Below are positions 26,470 through 37,192 of a stretch of 64,000 bases of DNA, piece by piece. The translations under genes and the position numbers were made by a program. Positions within the stretch are counted from its first letter, which is position 1; every line of letters starts with the position of its first letter. Location: NCBI RefSeq assembly GCF_006345805.1, contig NC_043013.1, positions 26,474,001 through 26,538,000 of the forward strand. Direction: 5' to 3'. This DNA is from Octopus sinensis. Lineage: Eukaryota. The notes under the pieces were generated by a model, which saw only the letters and a program-made list of their open reading frames with translations, made no database searches and was not told the origin of the DNA.

Positions 26470-26701
26470 AGGTGGCAATCTGGCAGAATCATTAGCACAC
26501 TGGATTAAATGCTTAGCAGTATTTCACCCATCATTACATTCTGAGTTCAAATTCCAATGAGGTTGACTTTGCCTTTCATCCTTTCGGGGTCAATAAATTA
26601 CCAGTCAAGTACTGAGGTCAATGTAATCAACTAGTCTCCTCCTCACTAATTTGAGGCCACGTGCCTTCAGTGGAAAGGATTATTATTATTATTATTATTA
26701 C

Positions 26702-26734
<33 letters not shown>

Positions 26735-27003
26735 CATCATCATCATTATTATCATTATCATCATCATTATTATTATCATTATTAAAGTGGTGAGTTGGCA
26801 GAATCGTTAGCAAACCAGACAAAATGCTTTGTGGCACTTAGCCCGACTGAGTTCAAATTCAACTGAGGTTGACTTTGCTTTTCATTCTTTCAAGGTTAAG
26901 AAAAAGTAAGTATCATTTGAGTACTGGGGTTGATGTAATCAAGCTCCCACTCCCTGCAAAATTTCAGGCCTTGTGCCTATGATAAATAGGATTATTATTA
27001 TTC
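26470..27003 (+). mobile_element. Two SINE family A copies (26470-26680, 26785-27003) separated by (TTA)/(CAT) repeats
   Basis: Both have the GGTGGxxAxxTGGCAGAATC head and GAGTTCAAATTC B-box; tails end in ATTATT repeats. Confidence 0.85.
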
Positions 27004-27099
27004 TGTTAAGAAACACGTTTTATTGAAACTTTTCTGTAACTCAAAAGTAAAGTTAATTGGGTTATAAGAGTTCCCCTTTTTTTACAGTTAATAGATGCA

Positions 27100-27117
27100 C
27101 TGTGTGTGTGTGTGTGT

Positions 27118-27159
<42 letters not shown>

Positions 27160-27409
27160 TGTGTTTGTGAGTGTGTGCATGTATGTTTGTGTATGTGTGT
27201 TTGTGTGTGTTTGCGTGTGTATGTCTGTGTGTATATGTCTGTGTGTGTTTGTATGTGTGCTTGTGTGTGTAGGTCTGTGTGTGTTTGCATGTGTGCTTGT
27301 GTGTGTGTAAGTGTGTATGTGCATGTTTGTATGTGCATGTCTGTGTGCGTTTGTGTGTGTGCTTGTGTGTTTGTGTGTCTGTGTGTGCTTGTGTGTATGT
27401 TTGTGTATG

Positions 27410-27440
<31 letters not shown>
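27100..27440. repeat. Degenerate (TG)n microsatellite, about 340 bp
   Basis: Directly visible; source of the spurious HT/CV ORFs. Confidence 0.95.
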
Positions 27441-27719
27441 ATGAGAAAATAAAAATATAAAAACGTTGCTCTACAAAAAAAGTCCCTTGAAATATCTGCA
27501 TAGCACAGAATTACTGACAATCTTTTGCTATGCTTGCCATCAGAAGAAATACATAGAAAATCAGTGACTGAAACATCCGAAACCAACAACCAAATATGTT
27601 ACTATTATAAATAGTTGCAGAGAAAGATGGAGTGACAGTACTGTAAGATACATAACTATACACTAACTGAGCTGCTGTAGTCATAAGGATAATGAAAACA
27701 AAACAGCTACTCTGACTTG

Positions 27720-28260
27720 TATATCTTGTTTGCCATAACACTGTCTGAATTTGAGAGCAATGATGTTCTCATGGAAACTCTAAGCACTGCTGAGGATGAA
27801 CCGCATAGTCTGTTCCAGAAGACATATGAGTTGGGAACTGATATGGATAACTTCCAGAAATACTTGACCAGGTAGTGTTACTAAGGAAGACCGATGATTC
27901 AAGATAAATTCTACAGGCAAGAAAGTAGTGCTACAAGGTGGAAGTGTCTGAGATGTGTACAGACTGACAAAACTGTACTGCATGCACTTGAGACATTATC
28001 TGAGCATTTCTGGCTTGCAGAGTTATGTCACACAACTACTGTTGAGTGTAGGACAGATCTAGCTATCAGTCGAGACCATCATGAAGATAGTCTTTCTGCC
28101 CTGGCTGGGCAAGCAGTATACCTCAGCCTGGTGAGTATGGAAAAAGGGGGTTGTGTAACTGATGAAACTGAAAGATTTTAGGACAAACACCAAGAGAAGT
28201 ATTTACTCTCAGTCAATTTTTTCAAGTGAGATGTTTTAAATTCAAGTGTAAAGTAAGATT
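27720..28260 (+). mobile_element. L1/Tx1-clade LINE C-terminal (zf-RVT) remnant
   Basis: MDNFQKYL...DKFYR...CLRCVQTDKTVLHAL matches the C.RC...DETVLHAL zinc-finger motif. Confidence 0.7.
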
Positions 28261-28285
28261 GGGGTAATTAAAAGTAGATATTTAC

Positions 28286-28424
28286 CAATTGTTGATTCAC
28301 AAAATAATTCATTTGCCACTTCATGTGCAAGGTTGGCACCCATTAACACAGCACATTCTATTCCAAGATTGCTCGCTATTACATCAGACAAAAGTCTAAT
28401 GCTTCCTTCAAACATATCAAAACC
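28286..28424 (-). CDS. Gpd1: GPD exon 4 [46 protein letters not shown](G), 139 nt
   Basis: Acceptor CTTTTACTAG, donor GTAAAT. Conserved LMGANxA and FCExTIG motifs. Confidence 0.97.
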
Positions 28425-28576
28425 CTAGTAAAAGATATGTAGACACATTCTATATAGACACATACAAACAAGCACAGAAATAAACAAAAATATTTAATAT
28501 ATAAAATATGTTTATATATGTATTACATAGCTAATATATAGATAACATATCTATGTTATACGTAGGTTTTGACCAG

Positions 28577-28608
28577 TATTGACTCAGTCCATATCTAACT
28601 TATATAAT

Positions 28609-28658
<50 letters not shown>

Positions 28659-28894
28659 TTAACGTCTGCTTTCCATGCTAGCATGGGTTGGACGGTTCGA
28701 CTAGGGTCTGGGAAGCCAGGAGGCTGCACCAGGCCCAGTCTGATCTGGCAGTGGTCAGACTGGGCCTGGTGCAGCCTCCTGGCTTCCCAGACCCCACTCG
28801 AACAGTCCAACCCATGCTAGCATGGAAAGCAGACGTTAAACGATGATGATGATGATGATGATATTATATAAGTTAGATATGGACTGAGTCAATA
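28577..28894. repeat. Fold-back inverted repeat (arms 28577-28743 and 28755-28894, 11-nt loop) built from an RTE 3' end plus unique flank
   Basis: The arms are reverse complements with about 4 mismatches, apart from a difference of 9 (CAT) units. Confidence 0.95.
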
Positions 28895-28907
28895 TATATG
28901 TACATTC

Positions 28908-28944
<37 letters not shown>

Positions 28945-29319
28945 CTATATGTATATATATATATATATACACACAGAATATATTATGTAATTATTTCAAA
29001 CTCATTGGCAGAAGGAAACTTAGAAGAAGATCATATGCAACATGGAATATTCCACCTTTAAACTTCTCTGTATCATGATCTGAAATATAAGATATCTACC
29101 CTGATGATGGAGGCTCAATTTATCCAAAGTTTATTTGCTTCTATTATTGGCTTCATATTTTGATGAACTTACATCTACCAAGATTATGATGGATCCCTGA
29201 GCCCGCCAACAGATCTTATAACACTTTACTTCTTCCCCTTCAATTTTCTCTGACATTTATTCTCTGTGTAAGTTTGGTCTATTAATATAAATATCTATAT
29301 ATTTATACTTAAATATTCA

Positions 29320-29690
29320 TCATCATCATCATCATCGTTTAACGTCCGCTTTCCATGCTAGCATGGGTTGGACGATTTTGACTGAGGGCTGGCGAACTAG
29401 ATGGCTGCACCAGGCTCCAATCTTGATTTGGCAGAGTTTCTACAGTTGGATGCTCTTCCTAACACCAAACCACTCCGAGAGTGTAGTGGGTGCTTTTTAC
29501 GTGCCACCGGCACGGGGGCTAGTCAGGCGGTACTGGCAATGACCTCGCTCAAATCTTTTTACATGTGCCACCGGCACAGGTGCCAGTGAAGTGACGTTGG
29601 TAACGATCACGCTTGAATGGTGCCCTTGTACGTGCCATGGGTATGGAAGCCAGTTGGTTGCTCTGGCAATGATCACGCTCGATCACGCTG
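29320..29690 (-). mobile_element. RTE-clade LINE 3' UTR fragment
   Basis: (CAT)n followed by TTTAACGTCCGCTTTCCATGCTAGCATGGG; well preserved. Confidence 0.85.
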
Positions 29691-29723
29691 AAAATCTTCA
29701 TACATACATACATATATATATAT

Positions 29724-29769
<46 letters not shown>

Positions 29770-30613
29770 GGAGAGAGAGAGGGAGAGGGAGAGAGAGAGA
29801 GTATATCAAACCCAAGCTATTATGTCTAATTTGTTTATCTGCATAATTGCTTCATTCCAGGAAGGACAACAAACTTTATAAGCACCAAGTGTGTTGGTAT
29901 TTTACAGACAGGAAGGTATATTTTGAATGCAGTATCTCTGTGGAAACAGCTAAAAAAGACTGGGTGCTTACTCTTAGAAGACGGAAAAAAAGTTTCCAGC
30001 AGCCAGCTACAGAGAATTTGAGATTTATTTTCTTGTCTATAAATATAGTTGAAATTAATGAAAATATAACATTTTTTATTTTTGTTAATTCAACTATTTA
30101 TTAATACAATTGTTTTTTGTTTTTTTTTCTTAATACAGTCATTAAGAGGAAATACTAGGAAACGATAAAGAGACACTAAAACACAAATATACACTGTTTA
30201 TATTGATATAGTTTGAATACGTAATTACAATCTAATCTATCAAGCACAATATTGACGACACAACAAAAAAAAAAAAAGCAATACATTCTAATATTTCTGA
30301 TTTTGTTATAGATTTCATTACAACTTTAGGTGATGGTATGTAGGCAGTTTTGTGTACAGTTTCACTATGCAATTTAATGACTAAATCAGAAAGGTGTTAC
30401 CATCAGATATTCAGTATTCAATTCTTAATCATTTCAAACAGGTAAATGTCAGCATTAAAAAAAGTTACATGAAAAAACGTAAATAATTGATGAAACTTTC
30501 TTCCTTAGAATCTGATTGAATGTGTTGAAACATTTCATAATAAATGAAGATTAATATTCTAAAAAAAAAAAAAGGAAAAAAGCAAACAAAATTAATAAAT
30601 TTTGATTATTTAC

Positions 30614-30754
30614 TTTGATTAAAGATATAGCTACTGCTCCAGGTTTTACAGTTCCTTTAATGGTACTGCATATTCCTTGAACAAATTGGTGTGGTAAAAC
30701 AAATATTAAAATATCAGCATTTTCAGTGGCTTTGATAACATCAGGGATAGCAAC
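30614..30754 (-). CDS. Gpd1: GPD exon 3 VAIPDVIKATENADILIFVLPHQFVQGICSTIKGTVKPGAVAISLIK, 141 nt
   Basis: Acceptor TTGTTTTCTAG, donor GTAAAT. Conserved ADILIFVxPHQF and ISLIK motifs. Confidence 0.97.
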
Positions 30755-31079
30755 CTAGAAAACAATAAGACCAGTAAACGATAAAGAACAACATGAATTG
30801 TTAACACAATAAACTGAAGCTGTTAAGGTGATCAATATTTAAAATTTTTAAGTATAGTAGACAAAATATTTGATTCAAACAGTGATTATAATAATTTTTT
30901 GAAACTCAGAAATACGGGATATAAAATAATGTCAAATATTGAGGAAAACATAAAGGAACATTACACCTTTAGATTTCTATAGTTTTATATTTCCAATCAG
31001 AGTTTTGAAATATAACAGACATCTTGCAGGTGATTATTATACATAGGAGCACAGATATGTTGTGTACTTCAATTTGCTT

Positions 31080-31240
31080 TACAACCACATGGTATAGAGT
31101 TCAATTCTTCTGTGCAGCACCTTAGACAAATGCTTTCTACTATAACTTTGATCAACCAAAGCCTCATGAGAAATAGTCAGATTAAAACTGTGCAGAAACC
31201 CATCTTATTTATTATTGTTGTGTGAGTGCATCTGTGTGTG
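31080..31240 (+). mobile_element. SINE family B 5' fragment
   Basis: ACAACCACATGG..GAGTTCAATTC..GCAGCACCTTAGACAAATG signature. A similar head fragment lies at about 32120-32240. Confidence 0.65.
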
Positions 31241-32930
31241 TGTGTGTGTGCATGTGTAGCACATTTAAATACTATCATGGGTTGAATGGTATTTTTTGAG
31301 GTAGTGTTTTGTGACCGGGTGTCTTGATGCAAACCCTTTCCTTACCTTTTACATTAAGCAGGGACAATCTAAAACTTTGTGTATGTGTGTGTGTATGTGT
31401 GTGTGAGAGAGAGAGAGAGTGGTTGTGTACAAAACGGAAGAATAAGTAGATTGGACAAAAATACCCGTTGGTATTTTGTTCCACCTGTATACATCCCGTT
31501 ATGCCAAAGTTGACTGTGCTTTCTCCCCAAAGTACATGGGTTAATATAATCAACTGCAACCCTTACCGACAGAGCCCAACAATCATAGAAAGAGAATGAA
31601 AAAAAACATGGTTTACTAAAACTGTAAGAAATTAACTATAAGCAAATGGTTGCAGTAGAAATAGCCAAATCAGTAAGGTATCAGAAAACCAGCTGACAGG
31701 TCAGTATATTATATCCTGTCATCTAAGTAGTTTTATGTCTGTAGTCAAGAAATTTAACTCACAACAGCTGAGTTCACTTAGCTCCATCTAAGTATCACCA
31801 CTGATATAATTCACTGCAGCAGACAGTGAAAGAACCAGAAATATTCTATTTGTTTCCAGTGTTAGGTTCAATTCCTCTGTCAGGAAAAATCACTTGAGAT
31901 AGATCAGTGTTCTCTTTTGGAAGAGAATCCACTCTTGTCTTTTTAATGCAACAAAAACTACACATAACCACCAGCTCTATGTATTCTTGTGATTGAAAAA
32001 GTATTAGCCATTCTGTAGTCAGTCTGTTTAAATAAAGTAAAATGAACAAGAAATTAATACAAAAATATCTCTGAGAAGTACATTATTAAGAAATGATAGC
32101 TGTAATGCTCCACTTGCAAGCATGGCTGTGAGGTTAAGAAGTTCATTTCACCACCACATAATGTTTAGGTTCAATCCTCCTGCAGGTTGAAGAATGCCTT
32201 GCAAGTGAAATTTGCAAGATGGTAACTGTATGGAAGCCAGTCACAGCAAAAACATTCTCATTTCATCCTATCTTTTGACTTGGCAAGACTTTTTATTTTT
32301 TGCTGCCTAAGGTATTTTTGAGACCATTAACTTGTATATTCTTTCTCTCCAAAGATAGATAAGTGTCCAAAATGTTGGATCATTTTTCATGCTTTGCAAC
32401 AAATCAAATCACTGTAAGTTATTTTTTTACAACAAACCTTTATAAATTAATATTTGTCAAAGCAGACCACAACCAATTTCCTCAGATTCTGAGCCTTTCT
32501 TTGTATACTACTTAGCATAGAAAATTAAAGTTTTGTAAAAACATTTTATAGAGACTCCACTAACATGAAAAAAAATAGTCATTCGGTTAGTATTAACATA
32601 TTTAATGCTCAGAGAATTAGAAATAATTATGTGATGAGATGATAAGAAAAAAATATTAGCCATAGATTAAAATCATTTTATATATTTAAGTAAGTATGGT
32701 TGACAACTCCAAGTATGTTTCAGCTTCATTATGAACTCATCAGCAAAGCAGTCTTTACCATACTTTTCTGAAGTAATGATGGATAAAAGTCACTAAGTAA
32801 ATGTAAAAGAATGTACACTAGCTGATGTAGAAAAATAAGGTTGTTTAAAGAATAAATCACTCATAGATACTTTCTGTATGAAAAACAAAGAGAAAATACT
32901 TTAAGATAGCAAATAGCTAATTTTTCTTAC

Positions 32931-33111
32931 CACATTCTCAGGTATTTTGATTCCAGGAAGGTATTTAATGTTTATATGTGTAGTATTGAAAATTTCGGAG
33001 AGTTTCTGGCCCTCATATAGTTCTTCATACATGTACATGTTTATAGTACGTTCAAATAAATTTGTGCGCTCAATCACATTTTTGCCTGTAATTTTAGCAA
33101 TGGCTGTACCC
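32931..33111 (-). CDS. Gpd1: GPD exon 2 (W)GTAIAKITGKNVIERTNLFERTINMYMYEELYEGQKLSEIFNTTHINIKYLPGIKIPENV, 181 nt
   Basis: Acceptor ATTTTTCAG, donor GTAAGA. Open frame homologous to the NAD-binding domain. Confidence 0.95.
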
Positions 33112-33335
33112 CTGAAAAATAAAAATCATTACTAACATTTAAATATCATTCATAAAAGAGAAAGAAGAGTAATATAAAACACTTTGGAGATTAGCAAATG
33201 TGTGTAACATGTTGTGGAATCAGTCAGTTAGCTTTGATAAATAAATTTAAACAACTGACTTCTCAAAATCATTCAGATTCAATAATATATTTATTAAGAG
33301 ATTCACTAATAATATAAAGAGATTGCATTTGGTTC

Positions 33336-33339
<4 letters not shown>

Positions 33340-33391
<52 letters not shown>

Positions 33392-33465
33392 TAATAATGA
33401 AATTATTGTGTATAGTGCTCAGGTGCAGTACAAGTCATCAAAGGTGTATGTACAGTACATGGAGT
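33340..33465 (-). mobile_element. CR1 LINE extreme 3' end with (ATT)n tail
   Basis: AATGAAATTATTGTGTATAGTGCTCAGGTGCA matches 738-770 and the reverse complement of 21965-22000. Confidence 0.85.
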
Positions 33466-33519
33466 AAGGTAACAGCTCAACAATTATAGCGTTTTCTGTA
33501 TAAGTCATTGTTGACACAC

Positions 33520-33895
33520 TCCGTCAGTTACAACAACGAGGGTTCCAATTGATCCAATCAACGGAACAGCCTGCTCATGAAATTAACGTGCAAGTGGCTG
33601 AGCATTCCACAGACACATGCACCCTTAACATAGTTCTCAGGGAGATTCAGCATGATACAGAATGTGACAAGGCTGGCCCTTTGAAATATAGGTACAACAT
33701 AAACAGGAAGACAGAGTGAGAGAAAGTTGTGGTGAAAGAGTACAGTAGGGTTTGCTACCACCCACTGCCTGAGCTTTGTGGAGCTTTAGGCGTTTTTGCT
33801 CAGTAAACACGCTCAATGCCCGGTCTGGGAATCGAAACCGTGATCCTACAACCACAAGTCCGCTGTCCTAACCACTGGGCCATTGTGCCTCCACA
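33520..33895 (-). mobile_element. SINE family C
   Basis: Reverse complement of 6712-7030; tRNA-like head at about 33830-33895. Confidence 0.85.
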
Positions 33896-33922
33896 CTGTA
33901 TAAGTAATGCGTATTATATATA

Positions 33923-34137
33923 AGGGGGTGCTGAAAAGTTCCTGGCTTTAAGGGTATCATGAAGGGCCGGGTTGGAGGCCCAACCTTCTGAGTTCTTTCA
34001 CAGAGTTTAGAAAAAATTGAAGGACTGCTGCAATAAGTGTTTGAATTTAAAAGGAGAATATGTTGAATAAAATCATAATTAACTGATTCTCCTGTATTTT
34101 CTTTTACTCAAAGCCAGGAACTTTTCAGGCCCCCTTG
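33923..34137. mobile_element. mariner-derived MITE
   Basis: TIRs AGGGGGTGCTGAAAAGTTCCTGGCTTT / AAAGCCAGGAACTTTTCAGGCCCCCTT; preceded by TA. Confidence 0.85.
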
Positions 34138-34246
34138 TGCATATATTATATATATATATATATATTATAATAATAATACTATTAGGGAGTATAACTCCAA
34201 ACTTACAGGGAAAAATTCAATTTAGTATTTCACAATATAAATATAT

Positions 34247-34494
34247 AAAATATAAATTAGAGATAAAACCACTATTATGCAACTCAAACAGTGATAGACT
34301 TATTATATATTTATTTCTTTACTATCCACAAGGGGGACTTATTATATATTACTTATATATTAATCATTCATATTTATACTTTTTGAGATCTAGTTATATG
34401 TTTTATAAAAATATATATTTGTTATTTATGTTTTGGTTTCTGTGTATCATTGTTTGAGTTGCATAATAGTGGTTTTATCTCTAATTTATATTTT
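34247..34494. repeat. 50-bp inverted repeat pair (34247-34296 / 34445-34494), MITE-like
   Basis: 49/50 reverse-complement identity; AT-rich spacer of about 150 bp. Confidence 0.85.
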
Positions 34495-34496
34495 AG

Positions 34497-34577
<81 letters not shown>

Positions 34578-36783
34578 TATATATATATAAATAGCCAGTT
34601 GGCCAGCAAGTACCAACTATTTTGATCATGGACTATTGACCTAACTATTTAGTAAAGTTTGTTATCATCATATCAGGTTAGTCAGCTGGAACTTCTATTT
34701 ACATTTATTCTACAATTTTTATTTTTGAAGTACACTGACACTATGACAACATAATTTTTTAAAATTGAATTTGTATTTTGTGTATTTGAATAAATCACAT
34801 TTTACTTTAAACTCATTTTGTCATTCTGAATCAGTTTAATAACTACAAACTAAAACATCAAAAAATATATCCACATTCTGAAAGAACATGGAAAAGTAAT
34901 GTTCTTATCTTCAAATCCAGGTATACTCCTCTACATTTGTTCCAATACCAACGAAGCTAACCACTGAGCTTCCTACTTGTGATTATATATATCCTTAACT
35001 TCTAATTTTGATGTTATTCTCACAAGAATCTCATCAAACTAGTCCCTTTGTTCATCAACCAGCTAAACTTGTGGGACATATGAAGAAGCTTCTACAGAGC
35101 TTTAAACAGTATAGCCAAACTCTTTTATGAAACTCTTTGCCACCGCTAAAGAGAAGGTTACCCTCAGAAAACCTCAAAGGTGCTTAAGTGTTATTAAGTG
35201 GTGGTGATTGAAAACTTTTATCAAGCTAGGCCAATTGCTTTATAATATTCAAAGTTGCATATCTCATTACTTTGAGTTCAATTTCAGATGCAGTTCATAT
35301 TTCTTTCTCATTAGTTTCAGTTGGTGTAATATAATGAACTTATTGTAACAATGCTCAGGTGCACTACATACAGATCTTATATTTCACCTGACAGCTGATC
35401 ATATCAAAGATATTCTATAAAAATCTCTTTAATAAATAGGGTTGTGTGTCTTGCTACAAAAACAAAATACATAGAAACATATAATCACTGATAACATGTA
35501 AAACTGGTGCACCCAACTGCGTTACCCAGCTAAACTTAGTGGCCATTTAAGCAATGTGTTTGTGGATGGTTAATGGGTTGGTTGTGGTGCTGAATAAAAG
35601 AGCAAGAACTCCTGAAATGTGTATATACACTCATTACCTATTTTTCTATCTTCAATCACATTGTTTACATAGCTGATGTATTCATATATGAAATGGCATA
35701 ACTTCCAGTACTGGCTCTGAATTCTATAGAAAATCTATAGAAATAACTTTAGAAAGTGAAACATAGAAACATACTTTCCACAGATTCAATACAGAACCTC
35801 AAACTCTGTAAACATACTAATGTACTATGCACATTAGGAGAGAATACAAGAAACTATGTCAGAATAGAGTGCATGTCCATTCTTTAAATGATTTCAGGAT
35901 AAGATAAATATGCAAAGTAAATATCAGACTAATAACAATAAATTGCTGTTATATATGAACTGATTAAGATAATAATTAGCTCATGTACACATCCTGCATG
36001 AGAAGAAGCAACTGTTAAACTAGAAAAATATTTACACTGTAGAAAAGTGAAAGCATAAGAGGTGGGTCTGAAAAGCTTTGAGACCAAAACATTTAATGAC
36101 ATGACAGCAGGAAAAGAATACTTTTATTTCATATTCAGGCTCAAAACGAATGCAATACTCTTCATTTGTTTGTACATTTATATATTTCAGAAAACAATGA
36201 GTTCATGTGTGTGTGTGTGCATGCAAACACACACATGTTCATATTTGTGTGTGTGTGTTGTATGCAGGTGAGCACACACATGTTCATGTTTGTGTGCATA
36301 TGTGTGTGTTGTGTATGTATGTGTTGTGTGTGTGTGTGAGTTTGTGTATGCGTGTGTGTGTGTGCGTGCATGGATGCACTTGTATAAAGAACAAAATCAG
36401 TGGAGCAACAGAAATTTACAGTGCCTGTATTTGTCATCCAGTGGCATAGACAGTATAATCAGTGGAGCAGCACAAAAATTGCCCTGCAATATATTTAAGA
36501 AACTTGCTACTACTAAGCCTTCAACAAGTAAGACACAAAGGTTGGTAGCTCTAGTTCAGTACAACAGTATGCTCTATTAAAATAGAATGTAGTGACATGA
36601 TGCTGAACTTAAGAATTCAATATCTTAAGCACACAACAGTTACACATATACAAGAGTGACTTTTATCCCATTAGCATGATATAGCTGACATCAATAGCAT
36701 CATCATCATCTTAATCATCAACAATAACAATTATTTTTTCTTTTTTTATATAATAATATGTTTACACTTTGTCTTAAAATATT

Positions 36784-37192
36784 GATTTCAAACTTTGGCA
36801 AAAGGCTAGCAATTTCTGGGGAGGGGATAAATTACATTGACCCCAGTACTCAACTGGTATTTATTTTATCGACCCTGAAAGGATGAAAGACAAAGTCAAC
36901 TGCAGCAGAATTTGAACTCACTCTGCAAAGAATTTTGCTTAGAGCACTAATGACTCAGCCAGCTCATTGCCTTATATTGTCTTAAGATATTGGTTTCAAA
37001 TTTTGGCTCAGGGCTAGCAATTTCTGGAGAGGGAATAAATCAATTACATTGACCTCAGTACTCAAATGGTATTTTATCGACCCTGAAAAGATGAAAGGCA
37101 AAGTCAACCTCAGTGGAATTTTAACTCAGAATGTGAAAATGGACGAAATACTGCCAGTGTTGCTAATGATTTTGTCAGCACACCACCTTATT
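36784..37192 (-). mobile_element. Two tandem SINE family A copies punctuated by three copies of TTGTCTTAA(A/G)ATATT
   Basis: The 15-mer occurs at 36769, 36977 and 37193. Confidence 0.88.

Noticed and set aside
27006-27589. Long HT/CV/YI-rich ORFs here and at 34137-34616, 36062-36580, 52695-53832, 58893-59531 and 62725-63217
   Set aside because: These are translations of dinucleotide and tetranucleotide microsatellites.
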